From Octopus sinensis (Eukaryota), in the NCBI RefSeq assembly GCF_006345805.1, contig NW_021824608.1, forward strand, positions 1-17,838: a stretch of DNA of 17,838 nucleotides, in the 5' to 3' direction. The notes below the pieces were generated by a model, which did not search any database, was not told the origin of the DNA, and saw only the letters and a program-made list of their open reading frames with translations. The position numbers and the translations under genes are program-made. Below, in pieces: positions 1 through 9,929 of this stretch (the first letter of the stretch is position 1; each line of letters opens with the position of its first letter).

Positions 1-340
1 TTGCTAGAAATAGCAACCAAATTTCGCTTCAACCTCATCGTACTATTTTTAAATTGCAAGGATACGCTGGATAATGTAGTCTTTGAAAAAACTGTGTTGA
101 AACAAAATGGTGCTGCTTTAGGAAAAATATATTTGTTCGTTGTTCATTTGATTATATATCTAACTTGGGACTACAAAACAACAAAATCGACAACAACCAC
201 AGCAGTAACAGCAATAATGAAAATGGCCACAAAAGCAACAAAAGCACTTTTTGTTGTTTCATAATTCATTGAAGGTTTCCAATTTTTCTTTATTTCTGGC
301 AAAGTTACAATCGATATTATATATTATAATACATATCTTG

Positions 341-460
341 CACACATACACACACTTACATACAGACACACGACACACACACACACACACACACACCACA
401 CACACACAAACAAGCACACACAAACAAACAGACATACACATACAAATATTTACATACATA
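341..460. repeat. (CA)n-rich compound microsatellite
   Basis: Directly visible CA/ACAC runs. Confidence 0.95.
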
Positions 461-461
461 A

Positions 462-505
462 TTTGTTTCAGTCATTTGACTGTGGCCATGCTGGAGCACC
501 ACCTT
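462..505 (-). mobile_element. SINE 3'-end fragment
   Basis: Reverse complement aaggtggtgctccagcatggccacagtcaaatgactgaaacaa closely matches the 3' end of the + strand copy near 7605-7642 (ggtgctccagcatggccgcagtcaaatgactgaaacaa). Confidence 0.8.
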
Positions 506-578
506 GCATGAGGGCACCACATATATATATACATATAACTACATTAAACCTCATCTTTGTGTCTTTATTGGATTAAGG

Positions 579-888
579 CCCACTGCCTGACACCTTCGGC
601 AAGTATCTTCTACCATAACCACAGGCCGACGAAAACCTTGTGAGGAGATTTGGTAGATAGAAACTGAAAGAAGCCTGTCGCTTATATATCTGTGTTTGTT
701 CTGGGCCAACGCTCGACAACTGGTGTTGGTATGTTTATGTCTCCGTAACTTAGCGGTTCGGTGAAAGTAAGCAATATAATAAGTACGAGGCTTTAAAAAA
801 TAAGTACTGGGATCGATCTGCTGGAATAAAATGCTACAAAACTGAATGGCCGCAGTCTAATGACTGCGACAAGTAAACGATAAAAGAT
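579..888 (+). mobile_element. 5'-truncated SINE (octopus tRNA-derived SINE-like)
   Basis: Colinear with 11174-11536 (caccttgggcaagt...aaagccttgtg...gaaagaagcc.gtcg...cttagcggtt...aataagtactggg...atggccgcagtctaatg...caagtaaa); family identity recalled, not searched. Confidence 0.8.
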
Positions 889-1211
889 ATATGTCTATGT
901 GTGTGTGTGTGTATGTGTGTGTATGCATACAATATATATATATATATATATAATATATATATATACATATATATGCATATTATATGCATTTATAGATACA
1001 TATATATATGCATTTATATGCATATAATATAATATATGTATATAGATATATATACATATATAAATAGATATATACATATATATATGTATAAAATATGTAT
1101 ATATATATATTTACATATATATGTGTATATGTATATATGTATATATATAATATATATATAATATATATATACCTATATATATAGCATATAATATTATATA
1201 TTATATATATA

Positions 1212-1304
<93 letters not shown>

Positions 1305-1330
1305 TATATATATTATATATATGCATACAT
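889..1330. repeat. (TG)n/(TA)n compound microsatellite, including pure (TA)n at ~1221-1300
   Basis: Directly visible. Confidence 0.97.
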
Positions 1331-1808
1331 ATCAGAATTTAATGACATGGGAATTCTGTATATTAAGAGTTTCTGTTTGGGGAGTTCTGTATTTAAGTGG
1401 TTATAGCTAAGTTCATTACACCATATTTAATGTTGTGAACTGAAAGTAATTTTCTCTCAGTTGAAATTGCTCTAACAGTAAATGGAGATTTAGTCATTAG
1501 AGTTAACGAATACATGTAAGAAATTGATCCGGGGAGAGAATTTATGAAATGTAAGTTGAACAATAATTAAATAGATATATAAAATTAAACTGAATGTTAT
1601 TTTGATATCCATCATAATGCATGGGAAGCCATGGTGGAAATTCCGGACATGTTTCGTTGTTATTAGAATTCATCAGCAAAGCCAATTCACTTGAGAGTAT
1701 TTCATCCAGAGGGCTCACTCCGTTATTGTCTATAACTACCTTATCATTGAATTAACTCAGACAAATACATGCATCTTCAAGTGAGTCTAATTTGTTTTAA
1801 AACACAGT

Positions 1809-1930
1809 CTCACACACACACAAACCCACACACTCACACACATAAACACACACGCATACACACATACCTACATGTATACAAATGCATATGTTCCTAAATA
1901 TGGATGTATATATATATACATGTATATATA
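1809..1930. repeat. (CA)n/(TA)n microsatellite
   Basis: Directly visible. Confidence 0.9.
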
Positions 1931-2529
1931 TGATGCTAGTCTTCCGTCGTCCAAGAAAGACGGCTCCGCAACCTGCACAAATGTATGGACTGTACAAGAG
2001 ATCTGTACTTCCATCAGGTTGCTGGACAGTGTACCTCACGTGAAGTGTCCCGGTGATAGCAAAGCAACATAAAGTGAAGTGTTATGCTCAAGCAGAGGCG
2101 TGGCGCACAAACACAAATGCAAAGAGAGACACGCACATACAGATATAAATAAGCTCTGTCCACGCACACACGCACGCACACACATACATACACAAACACA
2201 CATACACACACACAGACTCATCCATATACGCTGGCTCATTATAACAGGCGTAAAAACACCATATCTGCTTAGTGTCTCTCCCAGGCAGATGACCAGATGG
2301 TTCGGTAACCCCTACTTAGAGAGTCTGAGAGTCCGGTAGGAGGAAGCACTTAACAGATATTATGTATTTACACATTCTACCATAGGCGAGAAGATTTTCT
2401 TTACGGTAAATGCGGACAATTTGCCTCTAGAAACTTAAAATATGTCGGAAGCATATTTAAACCGACCTAAAATTTGTTTATATATGCTCCCCCCACACAC
2501 ACACACATCCACACCCAATCACATATATA

Positions 2530-3749
2530 TCAGGTTGTGTAAAAATTAAGCAACGTTTTGAACCATGAAGAATTCGTACCGGATTTTTGCAGTGTTGAAT
2601 TTTTTTAAAACTTTTTTTTTTGCTATTGTCTAATAATACAGACATAGACTCGCCCAAATACATCAATAAATTAACATTGGTATGTTTTTCACCGTTGTTA
2701 CAATATTCTGAAATGGAACTGTCAAAGCGCAATATTTGAGCAATTTTGCTATTCAACTGCTTGCGATGTCAGCGGAAATGACCTGTGAGTGGTCAGCTCG
2801 AAAATAGTTTGAACGATTTCGCAGTGGAGCCTTGAAGATAATGAGCGTAGTGGACGCCAATCTGTCATTGATGACGGTCAATTAAAGACTGTCAATGACA
2901 AAGATCTACCGAAAACCAGTCGAGAATTGGCGAAAAGAACTTCAAGTTATCCAGAAAATAACCTGCAACCATTTGCTTGCGGTTTGAAAATCAAAAAAAT
3001 ATTGACAAATCGGTACCACACGATTTGAATGAAAGTCAGAAAATGCGTAGATATGAAATTTGCTCGTCGCTTTTTCTCCATAACCAGAGCGATCCATTTC
3101 CCGATGGTATTGTAACTTGCGATGAAAAGTGGATTCTGTACAATAATAAAAAACGTTCTTCGTAGATGTTGGACCAAAACGAAGCACCAAAACTCTTACC
3201 TAAACCCGAGCTCTTCAAAAAGAAGGTTATGATGACTGTTTGGTGGTGCACTGCTAGACTCATCCACTAAAACTTTTTAAACCCGGTAAACCATTACTGC
3301 AAAAACATATTGCCAGGAAATTGCCAAAATAAACGAAAATCTGCTACTCTTCCGTCTCAGACTGGTCAAAATCATTCTTCATGACAATGCTCGACCACAC
3401 GTTTCACTAATGACGCTCCAGAAGTTGAGGAAACTTGGTTTCAAAGCTCTTCCCCACCCAGCTTATTCCCCAGACCTCTCTCCTACCGACTACCACTTTT
3501 TCAAGCACCTAGGTTTCCTGCGAGATAAGGAATTCAAAAATCAACCGATGCTGAAAGTGCATCCAAAGAGTTCATCAGCGCCAGAACTCCAGATTTTTTG
3601 GATACCAAAATAAGCAAACTTGTAACTCGTTGGTAAATATGTGTTGGTTGTAATTGTACTTACTTTGATGGAAAACATTTCCGCATTATTGAAATATATT
3701 GTAATGAATTTCATGTTTCAAAACGTTCCTTACATTTTACTCAGCCTGA
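2530..3749 (+). mobile_element. Mariner (Tc1/mariner DD34D, Hsmar1/cecropia-like) element 1, near full length, decayed
   Basis: TIRs: left tcaggttgtgtaaaaattaagcaacgttttgaa vs reverse complement of right tcaggctgagtaaaatgtaaggaacgttttgaa; TA at 2528-2529 and 3750-3751; transposase motifs inside. Confidence 0.95.
2713..3669 (+). pseudogene. Mariner transposase pseudogene (element 1)
   Basis: ATG GAA CTG TCA AAG start; motifs VPHDL, IVTCDEKWILY, KKVMMTVWW, HDNARPH, PHPAYSPDLSPTDYHFFKHL, C-terminal TYFD; multiple stops and frameshifts. Confidence 0.92.
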
Positions 3750-3751
3750 TA

Positions 3752-3752
3752 T

Positions 3753-3799
<47 letters not shown>

Positions 3800-4099
3800 T
3801 ATCATCATCATTTGACGTCCATTGCCCATGCTGCCAGGGGATGGTAAACTGGACGGCGGCACCAGACTCCAGTCTGATTTGGTATGGTTTTCGATGGCTG
3901 GATGCCCTTCCTAATGCCAACTACTCTGAGAGTGTAATGATTGCTTTTACGTACCACCTGCATGGGTGCCATTTGCGTACATCAGTATCTGCCACGACCG
4001 TGATTTTGCTTGGCTTGATGGGGCTTCTCAAGCACGACAAAGGCCTTGGTCATTGCTTCCGTGTGGTGCAGCACTCGAAAGGAACTCAGCCACTTTGCA
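3752..4099 (-). mobile_element. 3' end of a non-LTR retroelement (RTE-like) or derived SINE with (GAT)n tail
   Basis: (CAT)n at 3753-3810 reads as a (GAT)n tail on the - strand; adjacent ggatgcccttcctaatgccaac motif is one I recall from RTE-type 3' ends; not searched. Confidence 0.55.
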
Positions 4100-4279
4100 T
4101 TTGTGTGTGTTGTGTGTGTGTGTGTGTGTGTGTACACTGGTGGATATTTGTCAGTTGGCGATGAAGATTAATTTGGTTAAGCTACAGATTAACTTGCTAC
4201 TGGGTTAACGAGTAATTAGACGGGTATACGACTGTCAGGTGTCATCTTTATGTAACAAGTCTGAGACAGAATCAGCGGT

Positions 4280-4460
4280 GTGAGGCGGTGTGTGACAAGG
4301 CTAACCTTTTGAATTACAGGTACAAACCACTCCACAGGCTTCTCTGTAGTTTCTGTCTATAAGGGTCAACTCGAGAGTGTAGAAAATGACATTTGCCCAT
4401 GATGACCCAGTGGGATCGAAGTCAACCTCGCGAAGCGAACTTTGTAAACATGTCACCAAA
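4280..4460 (-). mobile_element. Highly degenerate SINE relic(s)
   Basis: gacatttgcccatgatgacccagtggga resembles the reverse complement of cccactgcgtgacaccttgggcaagtgt, the start of the SINE copies at 579 and 11174. Confidence 0.45.
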
Positions 4461-4480
4461 TTGCACCAGTTGATTTATAC

Positions 4481-4519
<39 letters not shown>

Positions 4520-4845
4520 AATGTATGTGTGTGTGTGTATGTATCGTTATCACCAACATCATCTTCATCAACACCATATTTACAATCAAGTCGTAGTTAT
4601 CGTCACCGTCATCTTCATCAACATCCTCCTCATCATCATCATAATCATCAACATCATCATCATCATCATTTTCCTCAACACCGGCACCAGCACCACCACC
4701 ACCACCACCAGCACCACCACCACCACCACAACCATAACCACCACCACCACCACCACCACCACCACCACCACCACCACCACCACCATCACCACCATCATCA
4801 CCACTACCACCACCACCATCATCATCATTATCATCATCATCGTCA
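4481..4845. repeat. (GT)n followed by long (CAT)/(CAC)n trinucleotide tract
   Basis: Directly visible; source of the poly-H/poly-T/poly-V ORFs in the track. Confidence 0.95.
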
Positions 4846-4956
4846 GCATCTTCTTGTCAGGGTCATCCTCATTCACATCTCCTCAGGCATTCAAGACATT
4901 TCTCCAGTTCGCAAAAGCGAAGTCTCCAAAGGTTTCCAAAGGACTTCCAAACGCCG

Positions 4957-5056
4957 ATGTTAATAGCATTGGTTGTGGTGGTGGCGGCGATGGCAGCGTT
5001 ACTGCTGGTGTTAATAGCGGTGGCGATGGTGGTGGTGCTGAATTCAATTGCAGAAG
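4957..5056 (+). CDS. Candidate coding exon segment with signal-peptide or TM-like stretch (MLIALVVVVAAMAALLLVLIAVAMVVVLNSIAE-G), unconfirmed
   Basis: Frame open 4738-5079; ATG at 4957; strong donor AAG|GTAAGG at 5056/5057 (phase 1); possible acceptors cttcttgtcag|G (4860) and ctcctcag|G (4886). Could be a degenerate (GGT)n repeat read by chance. Confidence 0.3.
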
Positions 5057-5216
5057 GTAAGGGAGTCGGAGAGGGATGAGGGCTATCATGATGAAAGAGG
5101 TGTGTTTTCCCTTTTCATTCTCCCTCTTGAGACGAATCCCTTGGATGTTTCTAATAGAATCAGATCAGTTGTTACCGCCGTGCTGTTATGATGGCGGCCT
5201 TCGTTCAGTTGGAGAG

Positions 5217-5246
5217 CACGTCACGTGACTGAGCAGCAGACACGTG
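5217..5246. promoter_or_regulatory. E-box cluster: palindromic GTCACGTGAC (5220-5229) overlapping CACGTCA, plus second CACGTG (5241-5246)
   Basis: Motifs directly visible in a locally CpG-retaining unique segment; function inferred. Confidence 0.3.
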
Positions 5247-5324
5247 ATTATCTTCTCTCACCATCGCACACTGATTTATGATATCGCATAAGTGCATACG
5301 CGTGCATGCGTTTGTGTGTTAGAG

Positions 5325-5731
5325 CATATACATAATGCATACATATACATTCATATATACCATACATAGATATATACACATATATATGTATGTATACACT
5401 TATATCCATTTATATATATATATATACGTACATAGATACACACACGTATATACATATAATCATACATGCATACATACGTATACATGTAAATATATGTATG
5501 ATGAATGCATACATATGTGTGCGTGCGTATGCGTGTGCGTGTGTGTGCGTGTGTGTGTGTCTGTGTGTGAATGTGTATGTTTGTGTATGCACCAGTGTGC
5601 ATACATATATATGTGTGAGCACGCACCTATTTTGGCATGTTGTTGATTTGTGTGCATTTGTTACATTCGCGTGGACGTGCATCTGGCATAAACGTAAATA
5701 TGGTTGTATAAGAAATTGACGAGATGCGTGA

Positions 5732-5775
<44 letters not shown>

Positions 5776-5846
5776 CACATATATATACATACATATATAT
5801 ATATATATATGTACATACATACGTGTGTGTGTTGTGTGCGTGTGTG
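5325..5846. repeat. Compound (TA)/(CA)/(TG) microsatellite block
   Basis: Directly visible. Confidence 0.93.
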
Positions 5847-6116
5847 CAGTGAGAGCGTATGCACTAGTGTGGCTGACCATTAAATATCCTCATGTTGTAT
5901 ATGCCACCATATTAAATCGTCCAAATCCACTCTTGTTTCAAATCTCGCTTTATGATATTTCCATACAACTACAAAATTATCTGCTACTAGGCAAAGTCAT
6001 GATTGTTACTGCGACCATTTAGAACAAATATTTTAGACATATATGTGTGTTTAAATATATATCACTTTCTATTTCATCTTTCACTTGTGTGTCTTTGTAT
6101 AAGTCCATCATTAATT

Positions 6117-6172
<56 letters not shown>

Positions 6173-6173
<1 letters not shown>

Positions 6174-7418
6174 CAGGTCATTCTGAATAAAATGTCTGAT
6201 TTTGAAATGAAAGTTTATTTTACATTATTTTAACAAAAACCAATGCCATTAATCAAAGTATTCACCTAAATGATAAACACAATTTTGTCATTTTATTGGA
6301 AGCTCATTTATGCCAGCAGCGAAGAATTCTGGAGGGCAAGAGGTGATGAAATCACAAGAGGCTGTTTTTGCATCTTCTTCAGATTTGAAGTGTTTTTCTT
6401 TGCAAAAAGTTGTCTAATGCATGGAACACGTGAGTCAGTTGGTGCAATGTCTGGTGAATATGGTGAATGACAGAGTACTTCCAAGTTCAGTTCCTGTAAC
6501 TTGAGTGGCGTTCGTTGTACAACTTGGTCCAGCATTGTCTTGCAAGAGAATTGGCCTGTCTCTGTTGAACAATCTCATCATTTCATCCACTTGGTTGACG
6601 TATACATTCGCTGTATTTGACTTACCTGGTCTCATGAAGCTGTAGTGGATGAGACCAGCGCTGGATCACCATTAGCCTTATTTTGTTTGGTGAATATTCT
6701 TTTTGGGATTGTGTTTTGACATTTCGTCTCTTTCCAGCCACTGTGCAGTACGCTTGCTATTGTTGAAAAGAATCCATTTTTCATCACACTTAACAATACG
6801 ATGCAAAACTGGTTTGTTTTTATGCCACGACAGCAAAGAACAACAAGTTTCAAGATGACGTGTCATTTGATACTCGTTCAATTCGTGTGGTATCCACTTG
6901 TCCAGCTTCTCTACCTTGCCGATTTTTTCCAGATGGTCCAATACATTTGTAATCGGAACCTCAAACCTTGCTGTTAATTCATGCGTAGTTTGAGATGTGT
7001 CCGCTTCCGCTGCAGTTTCCAGTTCATCATTATCCACCTTGATCTCGTGGCTATCACGGCGTTGGTTTTTAAGAGTAAAGTCACCAGACCGGAACTTCTC
7101 AAACCATCGATGTACAGTCATTCGCCATGTCTTCTCCAAACACCTTATTAATGTTTTGATCTATCTGGGATGCATTGGTTCCACGACGGAACTCGTATCC
7201 ATAAGCAACATGAATTTTTGATCTATCGATGAGTTCACAAAAATTGATTCAATACACAATACAAAACTCACAACATAATCAGACATCTTGAACTGAATTT
7301 CAAAAAGTGAGGATGTAACTCTTCAATGTTGTAAAACAAAGAATTGTCAGGATAAAATGTTAACGACTGTCAAATTTGGTGCATAAGTAAATCGGACATT
7401 TCATTTTAAATGAGCTGA
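6173..7418 (-). mobile_element. Mariner element 2 (cecropia-like), near full length, decayed
   Basis: TIRs tcaggtcattctgaataaaatgtctgattt vs reverse complement of right tcagctcatttaaaatgaaatgtccgattt; TA at 6171-6172 and 7419-7420. Confidence 0.95.
6249..7230 (-). pseudogene. Mariner transposase pseudogene (element 2)
   Basis: Start codon decayed to ATC (DRSKIH...YEFRRG); WFEKFRSGDF, WIPHELN, IVKCDEKWILF, QDNAG, HSPYSPDIAPTD, YFD-stop at 6249-6251; frameshifted. Confidence 0.93.
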
Positions 7419-7515
7419 TATATATATACGAGTCTCTTTTGGTGTACGACGTTTCAATTAATAGAACCTGATCACTGATCTGCATTCAACTGCCTCCATT
7501 GTAACACCTTAGTCC

Positions 7516-7651
7516 ACTAAGCGGACAGGCAAAAAGCGACCAATAGAATAAGTGCTAAGCTTACAAAGAATAAGTGCTCGGCTCGATTTATTCGACTAAA
7601 GCTGGTGCTCCAGCATGGCCGCAGTCAAATGACTGAAACAAGTAAAAGAAT
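7516..7651 (+). mobile_element. SINE 3' half
   Basis: Colinear with the 3' halves of 579-888 and 11174-11536. Confidence 0.85.
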
Positions 7652-7715
7652 ATATATATCACCTATATATACATACGTACATACATATATACATACATAA
7701 ATACAAACATATATA

Positions 7716-8790
7716 TTAGATTGTCAAGAAGGTTCTTGCGGTTTTTAACCTTTAAATTCAGATGCACATATCTCGGCTCAAACAAAACTTTAGTTATCGA
7801 AATAAACACCATCAGAATTAATACACTTTTGCTAAAGTGAAACAAGTTTATTTATGCCAGTAGCGTAAAAATCTTGGTTTTTTAAGCATTTCTTATGCAG
7901 GAAGTTGTCGAAATGCTTGAAAAAGTGGTAGTAGGTAAGCGAGAGGTCTGGTGAGTATGGTGGATGAGGTAAAGTTTCGTCGCCCAATTCGTTCAACTTC
8001 TGTTGGATCCAAAAAGCGGTGATGGATGAGACCAGCCGCAGACAACCAAACAGTCACCATGACCTTCTTTTGATGCAACTTTAGCTACGTAAACGCCGTG
8101 GAGCTTCGTCGGCGTCCAATCACTGAGCTGAGCGTCGTCGGTTGTCGTAAAGAATCCACTTTTCATCGCAAGTCACAATCTGGTCGTTCTTGTTGTGTAA
8201 AAGAAGGAAAGACGACACTGCAAAACGGTGTTTTTCTTTTGGTTGTCGTTCAATTCGTGCAGCACCCATTTCTCATGTATTTTTGTTTTTCCAATCCATT
8301 TCAAGGGATTGGAAATTGTCGTATACATTACGTTTAATTCAGAAGCAAGCTCTGAAAAGTTGTGCGTAGTTTGGCTCCGACTAAAGCTCTTAGTTGATCG
8401 TAGTCAACATCCGATGGCCGACCACTACGCTTATCATGTTCAAGACTCTCGTCACCGCTACGAAATTTCTTGAACCACCATTCTGCTGTACATTCATTAG
8501 TGGTACCTGGGCTAAACACATCGTTGATATCGGGAGCTGTTTCAGCAGCTTTTGGGCCTAACTTGAACTGGAATAAGAAAATTGCGGGAATTAGCTTTTT
8601 GTCCACGTTGTATTCTACGTTCCGATGAAAATGGTATAATTATTAAAAAAAAAAAAGAGTTACACGATGAGATAGAACGACAAAACGGGCTTTAAAATGA
8701 AATATAAAGTCAAAGTAATTTAGCGAAAATTAATTTGAAAATACATTATTTGAAAACAAAATTAAAAATTCCGTAAGAACTTTCTGACAC

Positions 8791-8794
<4 letters not shown>
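7716..8794 (-). mobile_element. Mariner element 3 (strongly Hsmar1-like) with two internal deletions
   Basis: TIRs ttagattgtcaagaaggttcttgcggttttt vs reverse complement of right ttaggtgtcagaaagttcttacggaattttt; TA at 7714-7715 and 8795-8796. Confidence 0.93.
7790..8606 (-). pseudogene. Mariner transposase pseudogene (element 3)
   Basis: DKKLIPAIFLFQFKLG...WWFKKFRSGDESLE...RSGRPS, TCDEKWILYD, HQKKVMVTVW, LPHPPYSPDLS, FYATGINKL; HDNA segment missing. Confidence 0.93.
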
Positions 8795-8843
<49 letters not shown>

Positions 8844-8930
8844 TATATATCTAGTATGTATAAATATATACTCTTTACTCTCTCTCTCTCTCTCTCTTTT
8901 AGATAGATAGATAGATAGATAGATATAGAC
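8795..8930. repeat. (TA)n, (CT)n, (AGAT)n microsatellites
   Basis: Directly visible. Confidence 0.95.
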
Positions 8931-9174
8931 ATATGGCAAATAGTGTGGGATTATGAATCCGCTCAAAACACTTCATAAGTTCTATGTACTCCAGGCTAAG
9001 AATATCAATTACGTCAATAAAGAACCCCAACTAATCTGTTGCTAGGGTCCAAGGTTTTGGTTCATCACATTACTATTTTGTAAATCTGTGGAAGTGCTTC
9101 AGATAAACTTTTATTTTTGTATACGAAACATGTTAAAAATTTCAGGCCTTGTGCCTTTAGTAGAAAGGATTATT

Positions 9175-9181
9175 ATGTGTG

Positions 9182-9216
<35 letters not shown>

Positions 9217-9310
9217 GTACACGCACTGCCATATCTGTTTAAAACTATATGCACGCATAATAGTAGATTAATATCCTTTCCAGGAAGCATTATTCACACA
9301 CACACACACA

Positions 9311-9363
<53 letters not shown>

Positions 9364-9395
9364 GCACGCACATTCACTCAGGCACACACATATGC
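9175..9395. repeat. (GT)n at ~9175-9218 and (CA)n at ~9295-9395, in inverted orientation
   Basis: Directly visible. Confidence 0.93.
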
Positions 9396-9929
9396 AAAGT
9401 ATTGAGAATGTAGTTCGATGTCATCTATGTTTACCTGATATTTCAATATTTCTAGGTTAGTGTCCCTTCTTCAGAAAACCTCTTTGTGCTACGTAGATTT
9501 TCTGAGAAAGGGGTCCTCACTCGAACTATCGAAACACCTGGCAGAAGTGCATAACATCTACTTGGGAATATCATTAAGTTTTTATAAGTTGCGTTGATTT
9601 GGCCATAAAAAAATTTAAACATTTACGTACACGTGAGTTTGAATAAACCCCGAGAGTCAACGCTTCAAGGCACAGTCAAGCATTATTCATAACAAAATTT
9701 GCTGTATTGAGGCCATTCGTAAAATGTTCATTGCTCTTACCTAACAGCTCTAAAAGTAGTACAAAGACTGCGGTGGTTCCAATATTGCGAAGAAAGCGAT
9801 GGTTTAAAAATCGCGATGTGTGAAAGAAATTCTTTACAATCTTACCTCCCATTCACGCACATACCCTTTGTCCCTCTTTCTTCGTGTATATGCAGGTGAG
9901 CATTGTGTGTGTGTATATATGCATACATA

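Noticed and set aside
1-130. Possible decayed interspersed repeat at the window start, and the 87-aa ORF 1-264
   Set aside because: Only a vague recollected resemblance; no second copy in the window; the ORF has a TTG start and no motif
1761-1780. 20-nt segment ending in a strong GTGAGT donor, phase-compatible with 1461-1515
   Set aside because: Weak acceptor; too short to evaluate
2061-2092. aagcaacataaagtgaagtgttatgctcaag resembles a SINE segment
   Set aside because: Too short (~30 nt) to delimit an element
2285-2339. Acceptor tctctcccag|G followed by a short open frame QMTRWFGNPYLESLRVR
   Set aside because: Weak donor, no recognisable motif; expected by chance
4481-4963. Poly-His, poly-Thr and poly-Val ORFs (4481-4963, 4521-5060, 4586-4876)
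   Set aside because: Translations of (GT)n and (CAT/CAC)n microsatellites; no independent coding signal
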